From Seison nebaliae (lineage: Eukaryota), in NCBI GenBank assembly GCA_023231475.1, contig JALJEE010000537.1, forward strand, positions 62,001 through 93,085: a DNA stretch of 31,085 bases, read 5' to 3'. The notes beneath the pieces are model-generated. The model saw only the letters and a program-made list of their open reading frames with translations, was not told where the DNA came from and ran no database searches. Position numbers and translations under genes: made by a program. Positions within the stretch are counted from its first letter, which is position 1. Each line of letters starts with the position of its first letter. This document shows, piece after piece, positions 10,562-24,515 of this stretch.

Positions 10562-13500
10562 TTGAATATAGTTAAGGAAAGAAAGAATTAAAACGATTCA
10601 ATGACTGAGAAATGGAATGAGAAACTTCTTTGATTTGATGGAAAATGATTGGAATTAACTCGCGTGTTCACGAATTGTGAAGGAATCTTTTGACATATCT
10701 TCTTCGAACATAACAAATATCGGAAATAGAAATCGAATGTCATATGATGTAATTTTTTCATCTACTGTTTCGTTTCATTTGTTAATTGTTTTTGGCGGAA
10801 ATGTTTTATTTGTAGCAAGGAAGAAAAGTAGTTTATCATTTTCTCCAATTTATTCGCCGAATGCATTTTATGTTTTGTTCCTCTTCATGTTTATGCGCCT
10901 AAAAGAACAAAAAAATTATTTCATCCCATCAATTTATAACCAATCTTCCTTCATCGTTATCTGCCATATGATCTCCACTGATACGACTCTCTAACTATCA
11001 ATAAGTCATCTTGTCAGACTGGAAAATTCATGTGCTTATCTCCTTCCTTCCTTCCAACATGATGATGATGATGCAACTCATTCCCAACAGTTATTTGTCA
11101 GTAATCATTTCTTCCTCAACACAAAGAATATGTTTATGAATGAAATAAAGAAATTTAATTTATTTAATCGATCCAATTTCGTCGAAGACGAATAATAATC
11201 AGTCATTTATTTTATTTGAAACAAATCAAATTTTCGATGGTAAAAAATAATGATAAATGTTCAATATTAGGGAAACAGTTCTCCTTTACCCCATTAACGA
11301 GAGTGGTATTCAAAGTCTTCTTTTCGTCGTTTGGTGGTGGTGAGAATGGGAAAGTGAATTAGTGGGAGGAGAACCGCCACCAATATGGTGGAAGCGTTTC
11401 TCGAGGCTGTGCACTTCTGAACTTGTGGAATTGGGAGGAGAATCAGTTCAGAAAGAATTGGAAACTGTCAGTTATAAATAATATTTATGTGCAATTAAGT
11501 TAATGTACTTCATCTTCTTCTTTCAATCCGATGCCAATATGGTTCGCCGTGCACATGTAACTGGTTGTTGGATCCGATCACTTATTCACTTATATTCACT
11601 TCATCACTATGTGCCCTCGCCGCCACTCATTTCGTCGACTTGTGTTTATGGAGACCATCGAGTTCCCGTGTAACATTCTCTCAATTTGAGTGGAAGCGAA
11701 TAGTGTAGTTATTAGGAGGAATTTTTTGAATGAAACACGGAAACATTGACGGGCCCATTTCATCTTGAAGATGGAAAGACGGTGATGTGGAAATCATCCA
11801 CTTTCTTTTCCGTCTTCCCTAATTCAATATACCCCAAATATTTCCAATCGTAAATAGGATTTTCTCCTTTACATTCCCGTCTAACCTTCTTTAACTTTTA
11901 TGCGCATCTGCACGAATTCTCATTGAGAAACCATTCCTGTCTCCCTATTTCTCCTTCCTTTCTTCTCTTCCTCACCATGTCCTTCAATCATTCAATGAGC
12001 GAAGCGCTCATCAAAATTTCATGTTGATCATGATAATTATTGTTTGGAATCATAAATCGGAAATTATGTGACACATCTTTTCGTTCAAGTTGTTTGACTG
12101 ATACTCTAACAATTACTGCATATCAATAACATACGTTCTTCTCATCGTCCACCGTTCTCCCCCCAACAATCATTCATTCACTTCAAATCGACAGTGTGAC
12201 ATTCGATTCATCTAAATAAAACAATGGAATTTCCACATCATTCTTATATCATTCGAGTAAACATTCACTTAAAAAATTTCTCTTCATCCTCCCTTCCACT
12301 TTCACCATAATCATGAGAATCGTCCACGTAAACTCGCTACTTCACGAGACCGACGTACATTTGCATTAAATTTGTTTAATTATTTTTTTTGCTCGACAAT
12401 CCGATTCAATTACTATTTTTCAAGAATGAACTACACATAGACGTACTCGTCGTTGTTGTGAAGAGGAAATTAAGAAATGCTTTATGGAAGTAAATTTATG
12501 AGTTTCTTTTAAACTTATTTCACAATTCACCTATCAGAAGAGGATGTTGAAGAAATATAATACGTTTTTGGTTTCTTGACTAAAAATTATTCAACTAATT
12601 ACATTTTCGTTTTAGCTAATTAAATTTTCCTCTATAATTATTCATAATATGTCTTCTAATCTCAGACGAGATATGACGAATTCCAAATCATTCCAACTCC
12701 TCCATCATCCTCCTCATTCCATACCTCTTCTTCTATATCATTCTTCTCCAACCATCATACGGACTGTCGATTGATCTAATATTGATGTCGATAATATGAA
12801 CAATGAGAAAGAAATCGAATTTATTTCCAATTTATTTATTTATAAATTCAAATTTATTAAAAAAAAATTTTTTCTTTATAGTTCCAAAACAATCGCCAAA
12901 AACAATACAATTTATAGATAAGAATAAGAAAGTAAATAGTTTTTGTTTCGAGAACTTGTGTCTGTCAAATGAAGTAATGTTACTATTATTCTTCCACCGT
13001 CTTTCACCGGTAAATACGGAAATATTTCTTTCCATTCAAATGATTAGTATGATCATTGATAATTCTCTTCAGTCGATGATACAATTCACCGAATCGACTT
13101 GTATCGAACAAAATAATAATTTCATTAATTAAGTGCCAAACACGTGATCTATTTAGATGAGATCTGTTGAATTGGAATCGATCGGACGGATGAGCTTGTG
13201 GACTAGACAGACTGAAGAATGTAAGTGAATAAAAAGTTGTTGAGAGAATGAGGAGGAAAGTGTTCATCAAACACGAACGGCATAATTCTTCTCCGAAAAC
13301 TGTTTTAAAGTATCTTCATTTCGTTTTCCAACAACTACTTGTTAAATGTCATTTATCGATTTGGAACACAATTTTGAGTTGTGAAGATGATCATCATAAT
13401 TCCTCTTCAGACAATTCAGTAAATAAATAATATTTTTTGAATAAAAATTATTCCAATTAGAAAATTCTCTGAAATCATCACTTCCCATCAGCACTGAATC

Positions 13501-16500
13501 TCTTCTGCTTTCGTCACTAAATTTCATCTTATTTTCCTGTCATTTCTATCCGTTCACCTCAACCACACCTACAAATCATCCCTTCCTCTTTATCGAAGAC
13601 CTACAGATTTAATGATTAATCTCTGGCTTCTTCTTCTTCTACTTTCCATCTAACTGATCTCCACTTTTTTCTTGGGAGAATTAAGAAGAAATCATTTGAC
13701 TAATATTCATATTCCTCTCAATTACTGTCAACACTATCATTAAGCCCGAAAGCAATAGGTTGTTGTTGTTATTGTTCGGCATTTGGAAAAGATAATTAGA
13801 AATAAATGGATCTCGTAAAAAATGATGATCTGTATATGTAATTATGATAGTGCGGTTAAAAGAGAGAATGCATCGATTATCGAGGTGGCAAATTGTCAAT
13901 TGTATCTCCAAGTCAGAACTCAACTGAGCAATTAGTGACTGAGCAGAGATTACTAATGACATCCGTTCCATTTCCTTTAACAATTTCATTTCGTTTAGAA
14001 TTCATTCAATCTCCATCAGCTCGATCTATTGTCATGAAGGTATTCTCTTTTGACTCCCTCCATTTTTTAACAGTCGAAATTTCACTTTTCCTAAAAAATC
14101 ATTCGGTATCATATTTACTCAATTTCAACTCGTACAAATTCCCCGTTTTCTTTCTATAATTGTTAATTTCGAATTTAAAGAGAATTAAAAGGAGAAAATT
14201 CATTTAAAATTTCCCTTTGACGAATGAAGCTTACCTCTATCAGGTCAAGAGATCGTTCAATTGGTTTTCAGTCATCCCACAATTGTTTTCTTATCGTTCA
14301 CTAAACTTTGTCTTCGATTTGACAACCGTTTTCTCTCTCGAGAGAGTAGAATGTTTATATAGATAGAAGAATTAATATCATTAAAATAATTCTTCTTATT
14401 AATTAATTCCAATTAATTTTCATAGTTTTTCGTATCAAATAGCCAACTAACATTTCTTAGATAGTCATCGCTAGTTGATGTAACAGGACGGAAGTATTGG
14501 AAAATGAATTGCGCTCTGCATGAGGTTGAAGGAAATCTCAAATTCCTTTGTCCGCTTATCATATTTTCTTTGTGTCAGAAGAATCGTTATTGGAAAATCG
14601 TTTTGTTTTTCCCAGATAATTACCCACTGAGATATCTGTTGTCTTCTAAAAGCAAACAGTCGAATGGAAGCGATATTGAATAGAACGTCGATCGAAGAAG
14701 AAAATTTATTACAGAGAATGTCGTTTAGAAGATTGAGGAAGGATTAGATGGAAGAGAACGATCGATAATTTATTGATTATTCTTTTCATAAATGAACTTG
14801 GAGCAAGTGAAAACTGTCCTTTTTTTTCCTCCCTCATAATTGACTTATGATAAGAAATCTGTCACGTTCATTCCGTCCATCGTCACTAGTGATAACGTGT
14901 TAATTATTATATCATATGATCTCGTTCGATGGCAATTAAAAAAAATGTTCTTCAATCGTTGGATCAGATTGAACTTCATCATTTTATCATCATCATTGAA
15001 ATATATTTTCTTCTCACTGATGTTCATTTGATTATTTTAAGGAAAATTGATTTTTCAATTCAAATTTCAATCATACATTCCCTCCACAAATACTCAACAC
15101 ATGTGTCTCACTATACGATGAATATTAGCCATAAACCATCGAACAATAATGTAGCATCATATCAATAAAGATACGGTGATTGCGGAAGCGGAAGAGAATT
15201 GTAAATTGCCTTCACCAAATTGTTCAGCTGGATGTCTTCCAATCTCATTCTCATGATATGAGTGTGAATGAATTGTTTACAAACTTGAAAAATAATAAGC
15301 TAACAATAATTGTTATATCGTGTCGTTATGCCTAGCACTCTGGTTAGAGAACGAAGAGGATGTTACTCATTTCCCAACGAATCATTCTCTTCACACTTTC
15401 TCATCTTCTCACACCTCTAACGATCAAATGAGCAACGACTAAATATTTTATCTCATTTTTTATTATGTTGTATAATCTTACGTCTACAATCCAATAACGA
15501 CCATCACATATTCTATAATAACATCACATGTTCTCCCATGAACTCTACATATTTTCTGGTCTTATTTTTTAAATTTGTCTTTCCGATTAATTTTTAATTC
15601 ATGGCGAACATCGAGAAATTTTAGATTTGGTCTAACTCTTTTTTCTAAAACATTATTTTAGATGTTACTTTAAAATGGTTTTTGTTAGAGGATACTAATT
15701 AATTTTCATCGGAATCTTAATCGGATTGTTCATAAACTTTTCATAATTTACTCACTAATTTGTGCATGTTTTTTGAAAAAGAAGTACCAATAGTTTTAGT
15801 GGTTTTCGCTCATTTCTTGACTCAACCCGAGTGATACTCAACCCACAAATAGACAATAATTTTGTCTGAAGAGAATATTGGTGTAAGATGGTTTTTTTCC
15901 GTATAACTGGAACGTACGTATAAATGGTGAAATACGTAACGAAGTAACGAAAGGTACTTCATCACTTTTAACGAGTTTCTTCTTCATGTCGTCTTTTATA
16001 AGGTCATTGTTCCGACAGGACTACTTTCACTATCTTCTTATCCACTTCTACTATATTTAACGTAATCGGTAATAATTTTCTGTTGAATCATTTCGAAGGT
16101 AAAATGATTCAATTACAATTCGATCATTTCATGCAATTTTCTTCGCATGTCCCATTCAATATTTGAAGTATTCGAAGGTTAGCGGACTACAATAAAATTA
16201 TACGGGAACATATTATACATATCGATCAAGTGAACGATATTAAATACCGTTTGTTTTGTTTTTGTATCGATCGGTTCAGGAAGTCTCTTACCTTTTCTGA
16301 TAAATGATCAATAAAGCAATTGAGACTAATTTCACTGTTGCGACATTTACCTTTCATTCAATTTCGTTCCAGAATGAATAATAGAACATCCAATTCCTCT
16401 GACGCCAAAGAAGAGATTGATTATATAAATTAAAAATTAAGTAAATGAAATGAATAAATTTGTCAAATATTCGCTTGGATAAAGATTAGACTCCCCATTC

Positions 16501-19055
16501 GGCAACATCAATTGGACTACCATTTCTTTAGTATCCTTCAATTCCGGTCATACTACATAATTTAGAACGAATAAATTGACATCACATGCAATTCTCATGC
16601 TTACTTAACTATAATTCTTTATTTTCATCATTTTCCATCTTTTTTTTCCAAGACGGAAATTCCTTCCCGTATTCTTTTTTGCTTTTCCATTTCAATCTTA
16701 TCGATTCATTTCAAATTCTTCTCATTTATCTGTATAAACAGATAATTTACTTCCATGTCATATTAACATATTATTATTGCATTCCGACAAACCGTTTTCC
16801 CAAAATTATAACGGAATTTAATCAGCTGATTTCTTATGATTTTGAGTTAGTTACAACGAATTGACAAAATTATTTTTTAAATATTTTCCCCTATATTTGT
16901 TCTTGAAATTTCTTTCGGTGAAGTGTTGACGACGATGTATCTCCGTAATACGGCGAGACGGTTTTCTTGATGATTTTCAGAACGGAAAATATTTAATTTC
17001 GTATCATTAATGTGGAATGGAATGATAATGATTAAGAAGATAAGAGAATGTTCTGCTTCGTCAACTATTTCATTTAGTTCTTTTTTATTCTGTTTCTTCT
17101 TTTGTAGAAGAAAGAAACCACATTATCAATTTTCCATATGAGTTCATCGACAAGTGAACATGTTCGATTGTTGGAAATGAAATTAATATTTATGAAAAAA
17201 AATTAATTTTCATTATGAAAAACCATTATCATCATTTCTGTTGGTTATTCGGATGAATGTTAAACTCATTTTTTCACACATTGCATCTTATTCCATCGAT
17301 GCTGTTTCTGGAGCATATTATGGAATATCATCTAAGAAGACGATTTCTTTGAAGTTAAATTCATCCACATTCTACATAATAATAACATCTAATGACATGT
17401 TATGATATTGTGTTAGAATACGAGAATTGATGATGGAATGAAATAAAGAGAATAATTAAGAGAGAATTAAGATAAAAGAAAAATTTCAAATTCTCAAAAA
17501 TTTTTATTACAAAAATTATAAATATTTCATTCGATTTTCATGCATTGTAGAAGTTGTGTGAATGTCAATCATCTTTCATTTTAGCGCAATGGTCCGAATA
17601 AGTCATTGATGCATCTTCCTAATCATCCTTTCGTTTGGATCTAGAATATGTATCTAAATTTGGACTGGTTAATATTTAGTGATATGTGAGAAGTATTTAG
17701 GAGAGAATGGCGCACACAGAACGCATTTTCCGTATCATTGACTTCTCTCAAATCGAATGACATGAGAACAAATAGTGTGCATGTACCTCTCGATTGGATG
17801 GATGAGAAGTGGAAGGATGAATTTATTTCAGGAGAATATCTCCTCAAATCGAAGTGTATTATTCCATTCAGAATGATCAATCTTCATTCATTCTCATATC
17901 ACCAGAGTACAACATTTTATTCTTTCATTGTCATTCCACTCTGCAATTCGTTAGAGAATTTTGTGTTTGATGCATAATACATGACTGACACCGACATCGA
18001 TGTTATTCGAGACATATGTGTCAATTACTTACCGAGATGTTGATTTTTTTCACCGATACTGCTAACATGTCCGAATAAGTCGACTAACTCTATTTCGGAG
18101 ATAAGTAACAACAAATGGAATATCTTTTTAATCATTTATCTTGTTTTACTGATACTACCTCAACTTTCATTTTCACACTTATTCCTCTTTATTTGTTTTC
18201 CCACCCGCTTCCGAAGCGCTCTTTCTTATCCACATTTCCTCACCATCCATCGTTAAATCATCTGATGAGAAAACCATTTGATATTCCCTCAACTAAATTA
18301 ACAAACGAAACCAATTATCGTTTCATAATTATTGTTTTATTCAAATCAGTTCATACTATTCGATTATTTGACATTTTCATAGTATTAATTGGTCTGACAT
18401 TGTCATGACAACTACCGGGAAGTACCCACAAAAAAACCATTCAGACATATTCAAAATATGAAGTTCTTTATTTTAACCAATGGAGCGGATATCATTGTCG
18501 GTTCAAAGTCTTTTCTTCCTTTTCCACTACTACTACTTTGACGTAGTAATTTATTAGACTCTGAGCAAAAATCGAACTCTAACCAGTGCTTTCTTCCATC
18601 AACTCAAATTTTCGTTTTTTTATCATTTTTCTAATAAATAAATAAAGTTTTCATTTTTCCCCTCAACTTCCGATGGGACTTCATTGATAGTTTATTTTAT
18701 TAATTTTATTGACAGATCGAATGTTCTTCAAGTTTCAAGTGAAGAAGTGTTACACTTCTCCTCCATGAAACGTATCATGTACCTCTCATGTTATCTTTCG
18801 ACCTATTAATCCGAAGAAATGTTTTCATTAATAATTCGATTTTCATTCTCTTCACAGATATTTTAAGGATTAATATTCTTTTATCTCTCCTCCCATTAAT
18901 TGCAAGCTATTCAAATATTTGTTGCAAAGAATTTTTCACCATTCGAATTTCCTTTATCGTTTCTAATTTCTCTCATACTTAAATAGTCATTAATTTATTT
19001 CTAATTTCATTTACATTAGAAATTATTCGTTTTCTTATAAACCGCAACGGCGATT

Positions 19056-22000
19056 ATGGATACACCAAATTCATTTAATCTCCGTCATCGCTATGCTCGA
19101 CAGAAGAAAAAATATGAAATGTTTCAACAAAATTATCGGAAGTTTCAGAAACCTTCCGAAAACAAATTGGTGTTTCCTTCACATTTGAAAAAGAAAAGGA
19201 ATTCAGTTAAACAACAGAAACTTATAAGAATGTTCCGATTATGTAAATCATTGGATCCCATAGAAATTGGAGAGAATGATTTTAAAATCAACGACTTCGT
19301 CTTATCAATTCCGGATGAACTGAAGGATTGTGTCATGGAGAGAAACGAAGATATTTCCACAAAATTCTCTTCGTATATCGATATTCTTGTCAATCAATTA
19401 CCATCCAAATATAAATTACTGAACAAAAATAAAAATATTCGATCACAATCCAAACGAACAATGAAAACAACGAAGAAAATACATAGTGATCATGACAGTG
19501 CGGTGGTACTAGCAAAATTATTCAATTCTCCATTACTCGTCACAAACAAATCGTCGAAAACGAAGAAGAATTTCGATTTTTCTTATTATTTTCATTTAGA
19601 TGAATTTAATGGAAATATCCGATTGAAAAGAACGTTAGATCGTGAAGTATTATGTGAACAACAAATTTGTGATTGTTCCAAACGAGATTGTTCTTTAAAT
19701 TTTTCAATTAATCTCAAATATAAAAGTAAAATAGAGATGGATATTTTGAAAAATTCGATTTATGAAAATTCTGAATTTCTCTCTTATTTATCCAAAAATT
19801 ATCATTCATTACAATTACCAAAAATTTTCCATTTCTCTCTCATCATCAATGACATGAATGATAATCGTCCTCGATTCGAGAAGAGTCAATACGTCATCGA
19901 AATACCAGAAACAGTTTCCGTTGGTTACACATTCAACTTACCAGTTGCCATAGATCTCGATTCGACGAAAATGAATCGAGTGAAAAAATATGATTTTCTC
20001 AATTTACTTCATCATCCCACCATGCCACGACCAGCTACCGTTCCGACGATGTTGAAAAATTTCGGGAAGATTTTGAATTTCGGAGAATCGACTTTCGATT
20101 TCGAATTTATTCCTCCGAAAATCGACGAAGTTAAGAAAGATTTGGATATACCTCGATTGCGTGTGAAGAATCGTTTAGATCGTGAGAATATCAATAAATA
20201 TGAATTTTCATTATGTGCATATGATCGTGAGGAACAACGTGATAATGATCGATGTACTCACATTATCATCAAAGTTGTCGATTCGAATGATAATTCGCCC
20301 AAATGGAAATTTGAAGAAAAAAATGATAAAGTTTTCGGAGAAGACACAATTTATGAGATCGAAGAGAATGCGACAGTTGGTAAATTTATTACACAAGTTC
20401 GTGCGAATGATCCTGATGAAAATGAGAACGGTAAAGTGAAATATTCTCTCATACCCAACGAACAATATAAATCGAATTATTTTTTTGATGATAAATCATC
20501 AATTAAACGGAGAAATGATAATAAAGAATTATTTCCTATCGCCATCGAACAAGACACGGGAATTGTCTATGTTGCGAATTCGAAAGTTTTGGACGCTGAT
20601 TTCCGTTTTAAACAATTAATTATTTTGACAATCGAAGCGAGAGATTCCGATCCTCAACAACGAACAATGAGCGTCCGTCGTCAATTATTAGTGAAAGTGA
20701 AAAATGTGGAAGATAATTTATTGAAGATGAAAGTGAAATTATCATGTGACGAAGGGAAAAGTCAATCAGAGAAAAACCATCGAAATGTTCGATTAGATGA
20801 TTTTTTGAGTATTCCCTTAAATCGAAGTGAAGGTAAACGTCAATTGAAAAGTCTTCTCTCGTCCATCAATGTGGAGAGGAATCAAATTAATCATTTATCG
20901 TTACCGAACGAATATAATAAATTGATAAATCATTCGACGTTGGTCGAGAAATGTTCATTGCCGGAGAACGTTAACATTGGCACGAAAATTGGAGAATTGA
21001 AAATTTACGATTTTGATAATTTGTCGAATTTAATTCATCCGATTAAAGTAAAATTATTGAATAATGATCTCTTTATTTTGGAGAAGGATGAGAAAGACAA
21101 TTCGAAATTCTATTTGAAAACTCGACAATTGTTGGACCGAGAAATGTTATTGAAAAATCTGAAGAATAAAGCCAAGTCTTTTGTGACGAGTAGTGAAGTG
21201 AGTTATATTCTACCGTTTGAAATGAGAATTAATGAAAAAATTGATTATCATTTTATCGAATTGTCAATATTCGATTTGAATGACGAATCACCAATGTTCA
21301 TGTCATATCTGACGAAATTCTCGTTCGTTCGCAACAGTCAATTAAGAAACGAAAGAAAAATCAATAAATTGACTAATGTTGGAAAAGACGAAGGAAAATA
21401 TCGATTGGACGTTACAGCAAATGAATTGAGAGAAGGAATGCGATCAGTTCATGATATCAATTTAGTTCACACAAAAATCAATTTTAGTAACATGAAAAAT
21501 TTGAATATTATCGGAAGAGTTGAAGCTTTCGATCAGGATTTCAACGATCAACTCAAATATTCAATCGATCGAATCGAAGGAGTGGAATTGTGTAATCGAT
21601 TAATGTTGAATGAAACGGAATATTTTTTGGAATATGAAAAATTTCGAAAGTTCATTCGATTACAAAAAACGGCAATTTCACCGATACGTATCCGATTAGA
21701 TAATGAAAATTTCATCAAATCTTGTCAATACGAATGGAATAAGAATGATAATAATCGATATAAATTATTCGAAATCGATGAAGTGAGTGGAGAGATAATT
21801 TATCTCCATCGAAATAATGTCGCTAATGATTGTTACATGTATAATTTGCATGTTATTGTTCGGGATTCGGCGGAACATATCGTTCGGGAAACGGTTTCGG
21901 TTCATTTGGATTCGTTGAAGAAATCGAATCCAATGACGTTCCAATTTAATAAGAAATTCCTAATAACGAATAAATGGTTGAATAAGAATAATCAACATTA

Positions 22001-24365
22001 CGATCAAGGGAGATTGTTGGCGATTGATCCTGATAAATTAATTTGTCCTTCGGCACTTTTATACATCGAATCAGAATTGTGTAAATTAAGACAAAGTATC
22101 ACATGTTCTTCGACAATCGATTATGTCGATAGTCGTTTATTTCATTCGAAAAATATCATCTTGACAATTCCCAGACAGTATTTTCTTAGTAAACTAGCAG
22201 ATCATTCATCGATCAATTATCGATTAATTAGGAAATCGACAATATTTCCTGTATGGCCAGATATTTCTATCAATCCTGATAATGGAATCGTTTCCATACA
22301 TAAGAGCGAATTAAAGAGATTGGAGAATATGCGAAATAATTTAGATAATAACAATCTAATTGATACTTGGGATTACGATATTGAATTGGAGACATCGTCA
22401 AGAATGAAAGAACAAATGAAAATCGATCTGACTACAGAACCATTGAACACTTATCCGTCGTATAATTTCCTCGATCATAACGATCATTCGAATGCCAATC
22501 GATTACAAAGACAATTTATTGATTATCAGAATAATCAATATTCTTATTTACATAATAATTATTCAAATTCTTATTCGACTCAACATAGCAATTCGTATTT
22601 TCCGTCGCCGATGTTGTTGATCATTGCTTGTATTGCAGGAATTGTGACGATTGTTGTCATTATATTACTCATCATTTGTATGAGAATGAAGAAATGGAGA
22701 AGGAAGAAATATTGTGATGAGAGGAGATTCAAATCGAAATCAACAAGCTCATCCATAAGAAATGGAAGGAAGAAATGGAAAGATTCCATCGACAATGGTA
22801 CCAATGATGATAATGATGGAGATTCGTTACCGGCGAAATCGGTTGTTGATTCTAAAACTAATTTATTACCTGATAATACATCGAAAATAACCACACCGAC
22901 ATTCGCGTCGCCGAATAAGACGTTGGTGGTGAATAAGTTCGGCGAATGTCAATTGTATTCGAATGAGAAGGACGCGCTATTGATTAATCCGATTCCATTG
23001 AATGAAAAAGTTTTGATAACATCTGATACGAATCAATCTTCAACAGAACTACCTCAACTATCAAATATTCCATTCAGTGATTTTAATAATAGTATCATTC
23101 TCGAAAATCCTTATCAATCAACAATCGGTATTGATAGTCGATCCGGAACTTTAGTTCGTTATAATCCAATTAATCATAATCTCACTCATAACAACAACAA
23201 CAACAACAATAATAATAATAATAATTCGAGTATTAATAATACGATTGCACGAATAAACACTATCCAGAACGGTAACAGTTCACCATCTTATGCATTAATT
23301 GGAAATCGAGCAAATTCCGTTCAATGGAACAACAACAACAATATTAAGAATGAGAATAATATTTTTAATAAAAATCATTCTTTGAGATTGTCAACGGTTG
23401 AACCGACTTTAGATTCTCATTTATTCCAATACAATTCAACCGCTCCCAATTTTTGTACTTTAAATCGAGTTTGTTTTTTTTTTGGGAAATAATTCGAATT
23501 TTTTCATTTTTCTTTTTAGAACAAATATGTTGATACACCAAAATTTACAGTATATTCTAATAACAACACAATAAGACGAGTGGATTCCATGCACTATAAT
23601 CAAGAGAATATAGTGAATGTCGTTCAAGATGAAGCGAGTTTGCAAAAGTTTAATAAGATTCTACGAGAACCTGAACACAGTACAGATTCGATAAGGAAAC
23701 CTTTGAAAATTTATGAGAAGTCAGATGAGATGAAGAAAGACGTTAATGAATTGGATAAAACACAAATGACCAATCCGGCATTAATGAATCATTATCTTCA
23801 ACGATTGAAAATGAGAACAAATGATTCTTCTGATTCCATCAAATCGGCATTTGTCCGAAAAATAACAGATAATATTAATTCGTCGTCATCAAATGACGAA
23901 TTAAAGGAAGTTTCAGAGGAATATTCTCAATCACCGCCCGATCCATCTTCATCCAATTTATCTCCTATATATCATTTACATAAACATTATAAGCAACAGT
24001 ATCAAGGAAGAACACAGAACTCATCAGTGAAAGTCGAATCGAATACTAGTCAAAATTCGAGTAATTGTAGTGGCAGTGAATTTACTCGTTTGACGAATGA
24101 CAGTGGAATAATGGACGGACAGAATTCAGATCATTTACCATCGGATGATAATAATTCGAACGAGTTATACAACGAAAATCAGGAACAAGATAAACGTTTG
24201 ATGATTTGCGAGACGAATGAACGACCGCAAACTATGATGGTGCCTCAATCACCTCCAAAACAATTGTACGTAACTTCTCATTTGGACGAAGGAATAGCAA
24301 CAAGAATCAGTCAATTATATCAGTCGAAAAGTGAAAGTGATTCATCTAAGATAATATCCATATAA
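19056..24365 (+). CDS. Protocadherin-like protein (6 cadherin repeats, 1 TM, long cytoplasmic tail); true N-terminus uncertain
   Basis: Exon 19056-23468, a 51-nt intron 23469-23519 (GTTTGT..TAG), then exon 23520-24365 in frame (~1752 aa). EC1 has LDREVLC..C (protocadherin hallmark). Calcium-linker motifs include DMNDNRPRF, IPE, AIDLD, LDRE, DSNDNSP, ANDPDENENG, LPEN, DLNDESP, AFDQD, AIDPD. TM MLLIIACIAGIVTIVVIILLIIC at ~22611-22680 is followed by a basic stop-transfer cluster. The tail has a DSG motif. AATAAA at 24452-24457. Confidence 0.92.
23188..23225 (+). repeat. (AAC)n(AAT)n coding microsatellite, poly-Asn in the protocadherin tail
   Basis: aacaacaac...aataataat encodes a run of about 13 Asn. 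Confidence 0.9.
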
Positions 24366-24515
24366 ATTTTTTCAAAAACTTATTACAAATGAAATTTGAG
24401 TTCACTCTGATAAACTCACAATAATTGTCAATGTAATTTCGAATATATCTTAATAAATTTTTATATTGTAAACTCAAATTATAAACATTTAATTATAAAC
24501 ACTCTTAAAATAATC

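Noticed and set aside
11995..12011. Perfect 7-bp hairpin atgagcg-aag-cgctcat
   Set aside because: Short enough to occur by chance in 31 kb, with no supporting context.
16330..16490. Minus-strand LSKRIFDK...FGVRG, reminiscent of the RT motif D.SKAFD...GIRG
   Set aside because: Needs a frameshift, and no GVPQG or YADD motif follows.
18022..18110. TACTTACC resembling the U1 snRNA 5' end, with weak hairpins
   Set aside because: No U1 stem-loops, U1-70K/U1A loops or Sm site; more simply a reverse-strand GTAAGTA.
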